Source: Fonticula alba ATCC 38817 (Eukaryota > Protista > Nucleariida). Taken from it: a stretch of 47,440 nucleotides of DNA. The translations under genes and the position numbers were made by a program. Positions 36,301 to 47,440 of the stretch are shown one piece after another; within the stretch, counting starts at the first letter, position 1, and the number at the start of each line of letters is the position of its first letter. The stretch lies in the NCBI GenBank assembly GCA_000388065.2, contig KB932201.1. One strand, 5' to 3'. The notes below the pieces were generated by a model. The model saw only the letters and a list, made by a program, of their open reading frames with translations, ran no database searches and was not told where the DNA came from.

Positions 36301-37260
36301 AACCCGGGGATGGTCACACACGCGTGCACACATGCGCACAACCGCACACACCGCACGCCGCACGCCTAGATCCAAGGCGGCGACCCGACCGGCACCGGCC
36401 AGGGCGGCGAGTCGGCCTGGGGGCCGGATGTCAAAGTGCGCGATGAGTACCATCGGGCTTCGCACTTGTCGCACAATGAGCGCGGTCTCCTGTCCATGGC
36501 CCACCCGCCGGGGGAGAAGGATGCCGGCACATCGCAGTTCTTCATCACCCTCAGCTCGGCCTGCACGCACTTGGACCGGAAGCATACCATCTTCGGCCGG
36601 GTGCTGGCCGGTTACCTGGTCGATGAGCATGGGGTCCGAACCAGTCCCGATGTCCCGGGCGGCGGGTCCGTCCTGCAGACAATGGAGCGCGTGGCCACCG
36701 ACAAGCGCGATCGGCCGACCGAAGCGATTGTCATGCGCCGGGTGGTCGTTCGCCGGGATCCCTTCGAGGAGTTCCAAACACGCCATCGTGAGCAGGAGCA
36801 GCAGAAGGCCCGCGCCAAGGAGGAGCAGGAGCGGGTATGTCCCGAGGATGCGGCGTCCTCCCCCCCCCCCCCCCCCCCCCTTTTGCCCCGGCTGCCTCGC
36901 CCTTGCGTTGGCCCCTCCCTTTCCCCTCCCGCTGGCCATTGACATACGCAACCACCCCTGTCCACCGCTTCCCTCGGACTTCCCTGTCGGCCGGGCGCCC
37001 GGTTGCTTGGCGTGCAGATGGAGCGCAATCGAAAGCGCGTGCGCCCGGAGGCGCGCCCAGGTGCCACGGCCCAAACAATTGGCCGCTTCATCAGTGCGGC
37101 CACGGCCAAGTCCCTGCGCGTTCTGCCGGGAGGCGGGTCGGCCTCCGGGACGGCGACCCTTGTCCGGCCGCCGTCGGATGGCTTTGTCGAGCCGAGCCAG
37201 GCCCCAGCCAAAAAGCCTCGGTCCGGCCTGTCTGGCTTGTCAGACTTTTCCTCCTGGTAG
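34049..37260 (+). CDS. PPIL2: RING/U-box E3 ligase and cyclophilin PPIL2 (Cyp60)
   Basis: Exons 34049-34254, 34515-35230, 35501-35619, 35749-36072, 36370-36834, 37018-37260 (690 aa). Motifs seen: [72 protein letters not shown], cyclophilin [14 protein letters not shown]|[28 protein letters not shown], and the diagnostic C-terminus DFSSW. Confidence 0.93.
34374..34430 (+). repeat. (CCAT)n microsatellite in PPIL2 intron 1
   Basis: Read directly from the sequence. Confidence 0.9.
35255..35372 (+). repeat. Degenerate (TCCCTCTC)n polypyrimidine repeat in PPIL2 intron 2
   Basis: Read directly from the sequence. Confidence 0.85.
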
Positions 37261-38416
37261 GGTCCCAGCGTGCCTGCCCCCCCTTGCCGTCCGTGCGCGT
37301 GGGACCCCCTCCCCCTTCTTCTGTCCTCCTCCCTTCCCTCTTGCCTTTTTCTCTCCCTCCCAACCAATGCACCAATATCCTGAGAAGGCCTCTTCCGTGT
37401 ATAGGGCGTGCCGGCCTTTCTAGACGCACACACACACACACACACACACTATCTTGTCATTACCCCCTCTTCCTCTTGAAGCCTCCCTCTCTGCCACTGT
37501 GCCCGGCTGTGTCTATGTGTGTGCGCGTCCAGACGCGTGCCGGTGTGTGAACCTCTTCCCCCCCCCCCCGGAGGCAGCGGCGGGCTCTACACATGTCTAC
37601 ATTCTCTATTGTCTAATGGTCCGGGTGCATGCATAGCTCTCATGGACGCACGCACGCACACATACGCACGCACGCTCGCACGAGCGCACATATGTGCACA
37701 CAGCCTCTCCTTTTTACTCTTTCTCTCTCTCTCTCTCTCTCCCCCTCTGTGTCGTCTTATATCAAAAAAGCAGTGGCAAAATCTTTTGCGGACCCGGGCC
37801 CTTTCTTCCCCCCGCTCGCATGTCCCTTCACGACTCAGCAGAGGGGGCCACGCGCGCGCGCACGGCACCGACCTCCGTCTATGGTCGGGAGATCGCATGT
37901 GCGCGCGCATGCACTCCGGCATATAAGCCATGTGTTCCTCCACAGAGTGCAGGAGACAACGTCGAGGTGGGCATCGCGCGGGGGGAAGAGGCGGAGGGGG
38001 GGCGCATGCCGACAAGCGACGCGGAGAGGAGCCCATGCCGGGCGAGCGGGCGGGTGAACGGGTAGGAGGATGATGCCCGCCTGCATGTGGCTGGCCATCT
38101 CTCTCCTCCCCCCCCCCTCCCCCCCGCTCCCCTCGCTCGTCATCCCCATGCAGGATATGACTATGGCTGTCTACGCACACACACTGTCGCCTGTCAGCGT
38201 GCGCGCGCACATGCACAAGGGGCTCTTCTTCCCCCGGTGCTTATCGTCGTGTGCGTGGTCTTTTCTCGCGCGGATCGCCGTGTCACGGGGGTGGTGTTCT
38301 CCCCTTCTATCCGCCGTCTGGGTCGCTTTTGGCCCGCCTTCACATGTGGTCCCCCCCCCCAGGGGACCAGTGAAGTCCCGCGGATCGGGAAGGGGGGGGG
38401 GGACAAGAGGGACGAG

Positions 38417-40742
38417 TCACTCCGGCGACTGGGATGCCGGGCGCACGAGCCAGCCCTTGGAGCTAATCATCTCCGGAGCACGGGGAATGGCCACGATGAT
38501 GCTGGTGGAAAAGCGCCGCCGGGCAGCCGCGCCGAAGGCCCCGCCCACATGGCGCTGCACATGCTGGGGCTTCACCTCGGGCAGCTGGATCTCCAGGGCA
38601 ATGGACGACCCATCGCCGAAGGGGTCTTCGTCGTCGTCGTCGTCGTCCTGCTCGTCCTCTTCCTCATCGCGAAGGCTGGCCATGATCGGGGCCGGCGGTG
38701 GGGGTGCATATTGGGGCAGGCTCAGGCCGATGGGTTCCGGATCGAAGGGGGTCGAGCTGAGCGGCAGCGTCCGGGGCCTCGGCGATGTGCCGCCATCGCC
38801 GCCACCATCGGCTCCCGGGGCCGGGCCGCTCGGGGCCAGGGTGGCGGCTCTGCGTGGCGGCGAGTCGTCGACGGCCACACCCTGGCCTGGCGCCGACCGC
38901 GATGCATGGAGGAAGAAGAAAAACTCCTCAGCGACGGGGCTCTCCCCACGACCGATGGACTCCTCGACTGGCCGGTCTGCTTGCCGCTGCTGCTGCTGCT
39001 CCTCGTGGTGGTCATTTTCCACCTCCTCCTCGCTGTCGCTGAGCAAGTGGCTGGATAGCAGACCGAAGCCGAAGGACATGGCCGAGGCCAGGTTCGGAAT
39101 GGCCGGCCTGGTGCGCTGCGTGTTTACCACCATGCGCCGACGTGCTAGCCGGGCGGCCGACGCCCCGGTGCCGGAGGTGGCCGTGCTGGTGCCGGCATTG
39201 TCAGCTGCCGCGAAGACGGCCGCCGCCCGGACGGACACCGGCACCGGCGTCACCGTGGCATGGGTCCCGGCGGGGGTCACCGCCGCCGCCCCCCGGCACG
39301 GCCCGCCGGCCGAGGGGGATTCCTCGGCCAAAGTGGCCAGTCCCTGCGGGGAGAAGGAGCTCGCGCGGCGGGAGGAGCTGCGACTGCTGCCGGCGCTGCC
39401 GCCGGCACCACCCACGACCCCGGTGGCCGAGAGGTCCCCCCCGGAGGAGAAGACATTCTCATAGTCACTGTCGTAGGCAAAGTCCATGGCATCCTCCCAG
39501 TCGTAGTCGTGATAGTCTGCCAGCGAGGCGCTGGACTCGTTGGTGCGCGAGGGGCAGTGCGATGACATTGAGGCCGATGACTGGCGCCGGGGCGGCATCA
39601 TCATCACCATCTGTCGAGCCGCGGTGACGGGCGGCCCCGGGCTGCTGGCGGTGGTTTGGTGCTCGTCATGCAGCAGCAAGGGCAGGGCCTCCTCATCGTG
39701 GAGGTACTCCTGCTGCTGGCGGAGGAGGCGCAGCAGAGCATCTCCCTGGTGGTGGTCCTCGGCCGGGTCGGCCAGGTCGGCCGGGGCCCGGAAGGGGTTG
39801 GAGTTGGAGATGATCCGCGTCACGCGACAGGGGCCGGCCGCCGCGGCCGAGAGCAGCGCCGGCCCACCGAAGCTGCGGCCAGGCGCAGCACGATGCCGGT
39901 GCCCGGGAGAAACCGCACTGCGCGCGTCCCGAGCCGTCGTGATGCGGGTCACCACGGCCATGTCGGCCCCAGCGTACCCCTCATGCGGGGCGTCCTCGTG
40001 CGCTTCCTCCGCCTCGGTGGCCGTCAAATGGACAAAGCCAAAGGAGGCGCCTGGCCGGGCCTGGCCCATGTCACCTGTGGCGGTGGTGGTGGTGGTGGCG
40101 GCGGCAGCCGCGGCCACAGCAGCGGTGTTCCACTGCTCCGGGTCGAAGTCGTCCTCCGAGTCGAGGTCCAAATCGGAGAGGGCCTCCAGCCGCGGGGCCG
40201 CCGGCGGGGCGTCCGTATCTTCGCCGTCGGGCCGGTCCGCCGGCGCCAGTCCACCGGCACGGGCGGTCTGGCCGGGCGCCGCATCCGGCGATGACCGCGC
40301 CTCGAAGGTGGCAACCAGCGGCGCCAGCAGCAGGTGGTCGGTGGTGACGCTCGGCAGGCCTCCTCCCACTGGGGCGCCCTCGTGCGGCTGAAAGAGCGGG
40401 TTGTGGAACACCTGCACCCCGGCGCTTGGCCAGAGGCCGAAGGGCTCGGTGGTGGCATGGTGGTTCTCCTCCTCCTCCTCCTCCTCCTCCTCCTCGTCCT
40501 CCGGCGCATCTTCTTGTTCCTCCAGGCCCTGTCTGCCCTGTGCTTCGTCCCCGGGCTGGCCGTCGTCGGCGGTGACATCGGCGGCGCCGGTGCGGCGACC
40601 GATGATGGTGCCGGGCGACCCGTCCCGGGGCGACGGGTCCGGCAGCAGGTCCTCCCGGCTACCCTCGAGCGACGTAGAGGCCGTCGAGGGCGATGGGCCC
40701 AGCCAAACGGTCGGCCAGCTGTCATGGTGGTGGTCGCCATCA

Positions 40743-40790
<48 letters not shown>

Positions 40791-43168
40791 ATACTGCCAT
40801 GGGGATGGGTGGTCCGTTGGTGCGCCAGGGCCGGCATCCCGCCGGCCGGCCCCAGGATGCGTGCATCGTCCAGCCACAGCGGCTGCCCAAGGGCCAGGGC
40901 ATTGCGCAGGGTGGCCGACGACTCGGCCAGGCCGCCGGCGGCGGGCCCCCCGCGCCGGGAGGCCACTGGCAGCAGTGACGCCGGGCGGGTGCCACTCCCG
41001 GGGGATTCCTGGCCGGTGGTGAAGCCGAAGCTCCTGTGGCTGCTTGCGGCCGGCGGCGCGCCGACCGTGGTGCCTCCTCGGAGTGCGCGCTCCAGCGGCC
41101 CCGCCGGCAGGACATGAAGCGCCTGCTCCTCCTCCTCCAAGGCCAACAGCCTCAGGGGCGGGGGGAAGCTCGCCGACCGAGCCGGCATACCTCCAACCGG
41201 GGCGGCAGCGGTGTCAGCCCCGAGGGCCGGAGTGGTCAGCAAGTGGATTTGCCCCGCGCCACCGGGCACCAGGTCCAGTAGAGACGAGGCGTCGGGGGCG
41301 GTGGTGGTGGTGGTAGTGGCGGCGGCGGCGGCGCCGGCAGCAGTGGCAGCCGCGGCGGTGGCGGCGGCGGCGGCGACAGCGACAGCGGCGGCACTACCGC
41401 CGGCGCCGTGCGCGGCTGCATCCTCGACCGTCGGGCCGGCTGTCGCCGAGGCAGGGGTCGGCAGGATCGGCGTCCGCTCCAGGGTGCTCACCTCGCGCTC
41501 GATATCCAGTGACCACTGGAGAACCATTTCGCTGAGCATGCTTTCGAAGGAGACCCCCCCTGCTGGAGCACCGGCCATGGTGGCTGCGGATGCCGTGGCA
41601 GCGGTGGCCCCGCCACGCAACCCGCCCACCGGCGGGAAGGGCCGCGCGGTGGTCGGATGGATGGCCGACCGCAGAGACCCGGCGGCGGCCTGCTGCTGTT
41701 GTTGTTCTTGCTGCTGCGGTGGCGACGGCGGCAGCATGCGTCCGCCTGCGGCGCTGTGGGGGACAGTGGCCCAGCGGTGGTCGAGCGGCACGACATACGT
41801 GGGGTCCCGTGTGACCGCGGTCCATTGGCCGACCTGCGGACGGTGGCGCTGTGACGCCATGGATGGGGTCACCCCGCCCCAGGGCCACCAATTCCGGCGC
41901 GCGGGTGCCTGCGAGGCCGTGGTCGAGGCCGCACCCGGGGCCGCGCCGGACAGCGATCCGGCTGTGGTCGCGGCGGGGGTGGGAGAGGCGGCGGCTGCAC
42001 CGGCGGCGGGCCCAACACCCTCACCCCCATTGTCCTCATCATCATGGCCATCCTCGCACTGGACCCCGAAGCTGAGCCAGGGCGCACGGTGGCCACTGCC
42101 CGAGGAGGGGGCGACCTGCACGCCATCGGCGTGGGAGGCGCCGGCAATGCGGTCGGCAAATGTGCAAATCGAGGCCGTGCTCCATGCACCCTGGCCGGCA
42201 GCGGCATGACCATCGCCATCCTTGTCATGGTCACCCCCACTGTGGGCGGACCCGATGCTGGCCGGAGCCCAGTGGTCGTTGTCCGGGCGCAGCAGTGGCT
42301 GCTGCTCCTCCGGCGTGCCGGGGCCCCACCATGGTGACTGCCGAACGGAAAGCCGGCTCGGCTGGCCGCCGGGCCGAATCCCAGCGCGGTGGTTCGAAGC
42401 CCGGACGTCATCATCATCATCATCATCATCATCGACCGGGCACAGGCGTGGTGCACGGGGCGGGCTGCTGGGCCCCTCCGGCTCCTTTTCCTCCGGCGTG
42501 CGGGGCCTGGCGCCTGGCGCCGGCGACAAGAGGGTCATCCGCTCCAGCTCGGCCACCAGCCGGGCCGCCTGGGCCACCAAGTTCGTTGTTTGGGCCCAGG
42601 TCACGGGTGTTGGCCGGCGAACGGCCGCGGTGGTGGCGCTGGCGGCGCTGGCGGCGGTGGCAGCCACCGAAGCCGGACGCATCAGCGGCGCCAGGGTGGC
42701 CTGCAGCATGGCCACCACATCGGCCTCGGCGGGGGCGGCCAGGTGGGGCCGGGCCGGGGCGCGGGTGGTGCTGTCTGTCGGCCGGGCACTTGGCGGCGAG
42801 ACCGCCTGCACCGGGGCAGTCAGCGGCGAAAGGATGAAGGCCTCCTCCGGGGGGAGGTCTTCGGGGTGCTCGGCGATGTCGTCCTCTTCGCTGTCGCCGC
42901 CCTGGGGCAGCTGCTCCAGGTGTGCCGGGTGCTGGGCCGCGTGCAAATGGGGCCGGCTGGCAGCACGGCCACCAGCCACCAGCTCCCCCCCGCACGCACG
43001 GCCGGAGCCCCCACGGACAAACACCTCCGGCCACCAGTCGGACTTGTGGCACAGCTCCAGCGGCTGGGCCGGCGGCTCGGCCCTGGCGGCTGGCAGGGGT
43101 GGCGCCGGCGCCAGCGGCACCACCGGCGGGAAGGTGAACCCGGCGGCTCGGACAAAGGCCGAAAGGGA

Positions 43169-43199
<31 letters not shown>

Positions 43200-45441
43200 C
43201 GGTGCTGGTGCACTGGCGGTGGCGACCGGGCCGGCTTGCGGGCCGGCACCTCGGGGGTGATCCACGCGGCCGTCTGGCGGCCGGGCCAGCCAGCACGCGA
43301 GGGGGGCTCGGAGTTGTTCCGGCGCAGGGTCGGCCGATCGGCCACCCGACCACCGGCCAGGCAATAGGCATTGTCATCCACCAGGTGCCCCGCGCCAAGG
43401 AGACCATCCGGCGAGACCGGGCGCGACCGGCTGCTTGGCGCACCTGGGCGCCCGCCCGGGCCCGGGGACTGCCCCTGCTGCGGCTGCGACAGCGGCCGCG
43501 ACTGCGACTGCTGCCTCGGCAGGCAGTGGGGCTCGGCAATGCCGACGGATGCACACCGGGAGGAGGCCTCGCTGGAGGAGATCCAGTCAAGCAGCTCCGC
43601 CGAGGAGACGCGCGACGGGGTGGCGGCAGGGCTGGCCACCATGCCCGAGGTGTTGTCCCCCTGCTCGGATGCCAGCGGGCACGGGCTGGACAGGTCCGAT
43701 GCCAGGTCCTCCCCCCCGTCGGACAGCGGGTGCGTGGCCAGGAGTTCGCCTGCATGGGTGCCGGCGGCAGGGTCGGCCACCTGGCGCCAGTCCTCGTCGT
43801 CCTCCTCCTCCTCCTCATCGTCGCCGCTCTCCGGGTCGTCGTCGTGGTGGCGGGTGGCGGCCGCGCCCGCGAGGCCCGCCGGTGGAGACCGAAGGACGTG
43901 CCGGGTGGCAACAATGGCCGCGGCAGCGGCGGCCGCGGCGGCGACCGCCGGGTCGCCGCCGCTGCTGTGAACGCGCGCCATGGCGGCCGGCGGCCCTGAG
44001 GCGGGCGTCGTCCCGGCGCCGGCCGGCCCGGCCCCGAGCGATCGCGACCGGGTCCAGCCCAATTTCCCGGCGATGGCCGGGTCGCCCGCCGCGTCCAGCT
44101 CCTGGACCGTGTCCCAGCTGGCGAGCTCGTCGCCGGAGGAAGCCCCCGACCCGGAGCCGCTGCTACACTCGCTGGCCAGGGACTCGACCATCAGGGCCAG
44201 GGACTCGTCGGTGGCCGTCGACAGGAGCAGCGCCCCGGCGAACCCCTCGGTACCGGGGGGGGAGCCACCACTGTCGATGCGGTCCGCCGCACCGGCGTCC
44301 TCCGGCGAAGGGAGGCGCCCTGGCTCCGGGCTAGAGGAGGGAATGGAGTCGGGCGTGTCTGTGGGCCATGCCGGTGTGTCGTAGCCAGCCAGGCAAGCCG
44401 GAAAAGCGACAGTGGCCAGCATCGGGCACCGCGAGGCATTGATACAGAACGCGGACAGGACACACATGGAGTGAGAACAGCTGCATGTCGCGTATCACCA
44501 TGAAATGCCCGCAGAGACATGTTTGTGTGTGTGTGTGTGTCTGCTGACAGTAGCGGATGGGCATGCGCGTGGCCCCCGGAAAAAGGCACCACCGAGCGAT
44601 GATGCGCCAGTGCGGGTGCGCGGGACATTCGCGCCAGGCTGAGGGGCCCCTTTTCTCCGGTCCCCCATTTCTTCCTCCGCCCCCCCCCCCCCCCCCTCCA
44701 CCCCCGCGGTGCCGCGGCGAGCCTGTGCGCGTACCGTTTCGTGTAAAGCGCCGAGCTGCCGTCATGAGGCACCTTTCCGTGGGCACGATCATGGCAGCAG
44801 CCTTGCCCGACTGCAGCAGCACGGCACTCGGCGGGGGGCAGCTGTCCTCCGGGGAGAAGAGCATGCCGCGGGCGGTGTCGGCCTCGCGGCCGACACTCGT
44901 CGGGGCTGGCGGCAGCATGGCTGAGATGGCAGCGGCGGCAGCCACGGGCAGACCGTCTGGGAGACCACCTCTCAGCGCTGGCAGTGAGGCACGCTGGGCG
45001 TCGGCGAGGGGCTGGACAGCTCCGCCCTCCAGATCATACCAATCCGGCGGACAAACCAGACAGGTATTCGGGGACAGAGGGAGCTGGTCCTCCGGGTGCT
45101 TGAGAGCGGCTGCGAGGCTGGCCAGCTGCTCGAGGAACTGGGCGCGGTCGTCCGGCAAGCGGTCGCCTGTGTCGGCGGGTGTTCCCCGTGGCGCATGCGC
45201 GTGTGTGCGTGTGTGCGTGCGTGCGTGCGTGCGTGCGTGCGTGTGTGTGTGTGTCAGTAGCGGCCACATCCGCGGTCTTGTGTGCATGCGTGTGTGTGTG
45301 TGTGTGGGTGGGCGGGCGCGTGTGAACTCGGCCGGCTAGGGCGGTCGATCTTGCTCCTTGCGCCAGATCGCGCTCCTCGCGCGCCTCATGCTACACTCTC
45401 GTACTGCGCCCTCCCCCCTCCCCCCCCCCCCCCCCCCCCCC

Positions 45442-45472
<31 letters not shown>

Positions 45473-46708
45473 CCACATTCACCGACACACGGCCGTCGTG
45501 TGAGTGAGATTTCTCGCGGCCGTTCACCGCCGCGCGCACATACCCGGCGCACACACGCTGTCCGCCCGTGGGAGAACCACGGAGGTCGGCCGGAAATCCA
45601 CGCCCCAGCCGGCGCCGTGGTCGGTGCCCTAGCCACGGCTAAGATCTCTCCGGGGTCGCGAAAAATGCCAAATAGAACCTGGCCGACGCNNNNNNNNNNN
45701 NNNNNNNNNNNNNNNNNNNNNNNNNNNNNNNNNNNNNTCGCCTGATCCTGCCACGTCTACTGGACCACTTCAATCGTGCGCCCCCCCCCTTACAAGGTGA
45801 CTGGAGCGCCCACCCCCCCCCCCCCCCCCCCCCACCTCACTGGGCGCTGGGCCGTGTCCTCGCCCCTGTGCTCCGCCCCCCCCCCAGGCCCATGATGTAG
45901 CCAACCCCCATTCCAGTGCACGGCTGCGGACCTTGTAGGCGGATGTGCAGGCCACAGGTGGCAGCCGTGGGCGCGTCCTCCTGGCGCAATGTCACGATGG
46001 CCACGATGTCCACTCCGAGGCGGCTTGGGCGGGTGTTGTCCTGGGGGGGACTGCTTGGCGCCGTGGCGGTGGGGCTTTGTTCCTGGACGTGAACTGCGAT
46101 CCACACACAGGAGGCAGGATCCACCAAAGTCGCGGGCCAAGGACCGGGTATGGCAGCCAGGAGTCCGCGGAGGTTAACAAAATGCACGGGCATACGGCAG
46201 CCCGCCTCTCGCCCGGGCGCACTGGCCTGCTTTTGGGCCCGAGGATAGAGGGGAAGGAAAGCCCCCCCTGCCGGCCTAAAAAAAAAAGCCACACGGCCCG
46301 GCCGGCCGCGGTCGGCCTCCAATGCCCCGACACACGCACCCTCGATCAGCGAACGTTTTGCCGTGAAGCCGGCCAAGTGGCGATGGATGTCGGCAAGCGC
46401 GCGAGTGATGCACAGGCTGCCGGTCAACTCGATCCACGCGGAGAGCGTGGTCTCCGATGGTTGCGAAGCCCCAGGCGACTGGGACTGGCACAGGAGCTGA
46501 ACTGCTTGTCCGCGAGGGACCGCAAGCACGGTATGTGTGTTGCTGCCGCTGCCGCTGTCACTGCTGCCGCTGCTGCTGCTGCTGCTGCTACAAGTGTCAC
46601 CACCTGCCGGCAGGGGGGCGGAGCCGTCCGTTGAGCGGAGTTTGCCGCGAATCTGGGCAAATGCCTGGTGCAAGAGGCTGGCCGCCGCTTCTTCGTCCTC
46701 AGGTGAGA
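38417..46708 (-). CDS. Giant hypothetical low-complexity protein (probably >2400 aa; 5' end unresolved)
   Basis: The terminal exon 44358-38417 (5.9 kb open) joins in phase to 45166-44735 and 45628-45544. A further open exon at about 46708-45922 (ORF 45837..46673) has an upstream acceptor. Its link to the rest is obscured by the N gap at 45690-45737, so it could be a separate gene. No domain recognised. Confidence 0.55.
45690..45737. other. Assembly gap (48 N)
   Basis: Run of N inside the giant orphan gene model. Confidence 1.
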
Positions 46709-47440
46709 CTGCGGTGAACGGGGCCCCAAGTCAGGGAGCAATGCGTCGAGAGGACAAGGGGACGGGGGGCCGCGAGGGGGGAGATGTTAGTTCACAGGCC
46801 AGAGCGCCCTGGCTGGGCAGGGGTGAGATACTGTCTCGCGGGGGGGGGGCGGGGAAGGGTGCTCCAGGCAACGGGAGGCGGGGGGGGGAGGGCGGCAGGG
46901 GAGGGGCTGGCTTCTCTGGCTGGATGCGCGGAGGAGAGCCGGCGGCCACAGCAGCCGGCCGGGGAGGGGCGGGCGGAGGGGGCGGCGCGGAAGAAGAATG
47001 CTGGACGGGCCGGGAGGTGCTGAACCAATGCCGGCGCCCAGATCCCAGGCTGCCACCATTGCCCAACCGGTGCCCCCCGGCCGGTCGGCCCTCTCCTCGC
47101 AGCATCCGAGACAGGCGGCGCACGAGGGGCAATGAGGGGAGAGAGGGCGGAGGGGAGGGGGGGGGGGGAGGGGGCAGGCGAGCCGCGAGAAGACAAGTCG
47201 CCACGCCGCCGCGAAGGGGCTGCTGCACGGAAATGCGCCCGAGGGGATGCCCCAATGGGGCCGCGCATGGGAGTCGCAACGGGGGAGGAGAGAAATACCA
47301 AGTTCAGGGAGGATAGCAAAAAGGGCGCAAAGGAGGGGTGTGGGGGACAGACTGTGCGCGGATGAATAGACTGGCCCGAGGGGGGAGTCCTGAATACGCG
47401 GCGCGGGCCGAAAAAAGCCCCTTACATCTGCTCCCCCCTC

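Noticed and set aside
7221-37260. Apparent proteostasis cluster (Atg14-like, HERP-like, PPIL2)
   Set aside because: The genes are separated by unrelated genes, on mixed strands, with no shared element seen. This is consistent with chance.
1-47440. tRNA, rRNA, snRNA, transposase, reverse transcriptase or LTR/TIR elements
   Set aside because: No such motif or terminal repeat was recognised by eye. Small ncRNAs cannot be excluded without a covariance-model search.

Overview
A GC-rich, intron-containing eukaryotic genomic window, not prokaryotic. The GC richness, C/G homopolymers, microsatellite-filled introns and low-complexity proteins resemble a Fonticula-like protist opisthokont, but this assignment is unverified. 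I reconstructed nine protein-coding genes by hand. In order they are a PAXBP1/GCFC-family protein (-), WDR61/Ski8 (+), an Atg14/UVRAG-family protein (-), a MAP2K with an N-terminal PB1-like domain (-), two orphan near-single-exon genes (-), a HERP-like Ubl-membrane protein (-), PPIL2/Cyp60 (+), and a giant low-complexity orphan that may extend beyond the window (-). There are four N gaps. I found no supportable RNA gene, CRISPR array or mobile element, and most of the ORF track consists of GC-rich shadow frames. The most notable signals are: (1) a 5' splice-site consensus GTNYG with pyrimidine (mostly C) at +4 and no +4A in 33 modelled introns, which predicts an altered U6/METTL16 system; (2) a MEK5-like PB1-MAP2K architecture; (3) LIR-like and duplicated amphipathic motifs in the Atg14-like tail; (4) a 17-His (HS)n insert in the HERP-like protein.
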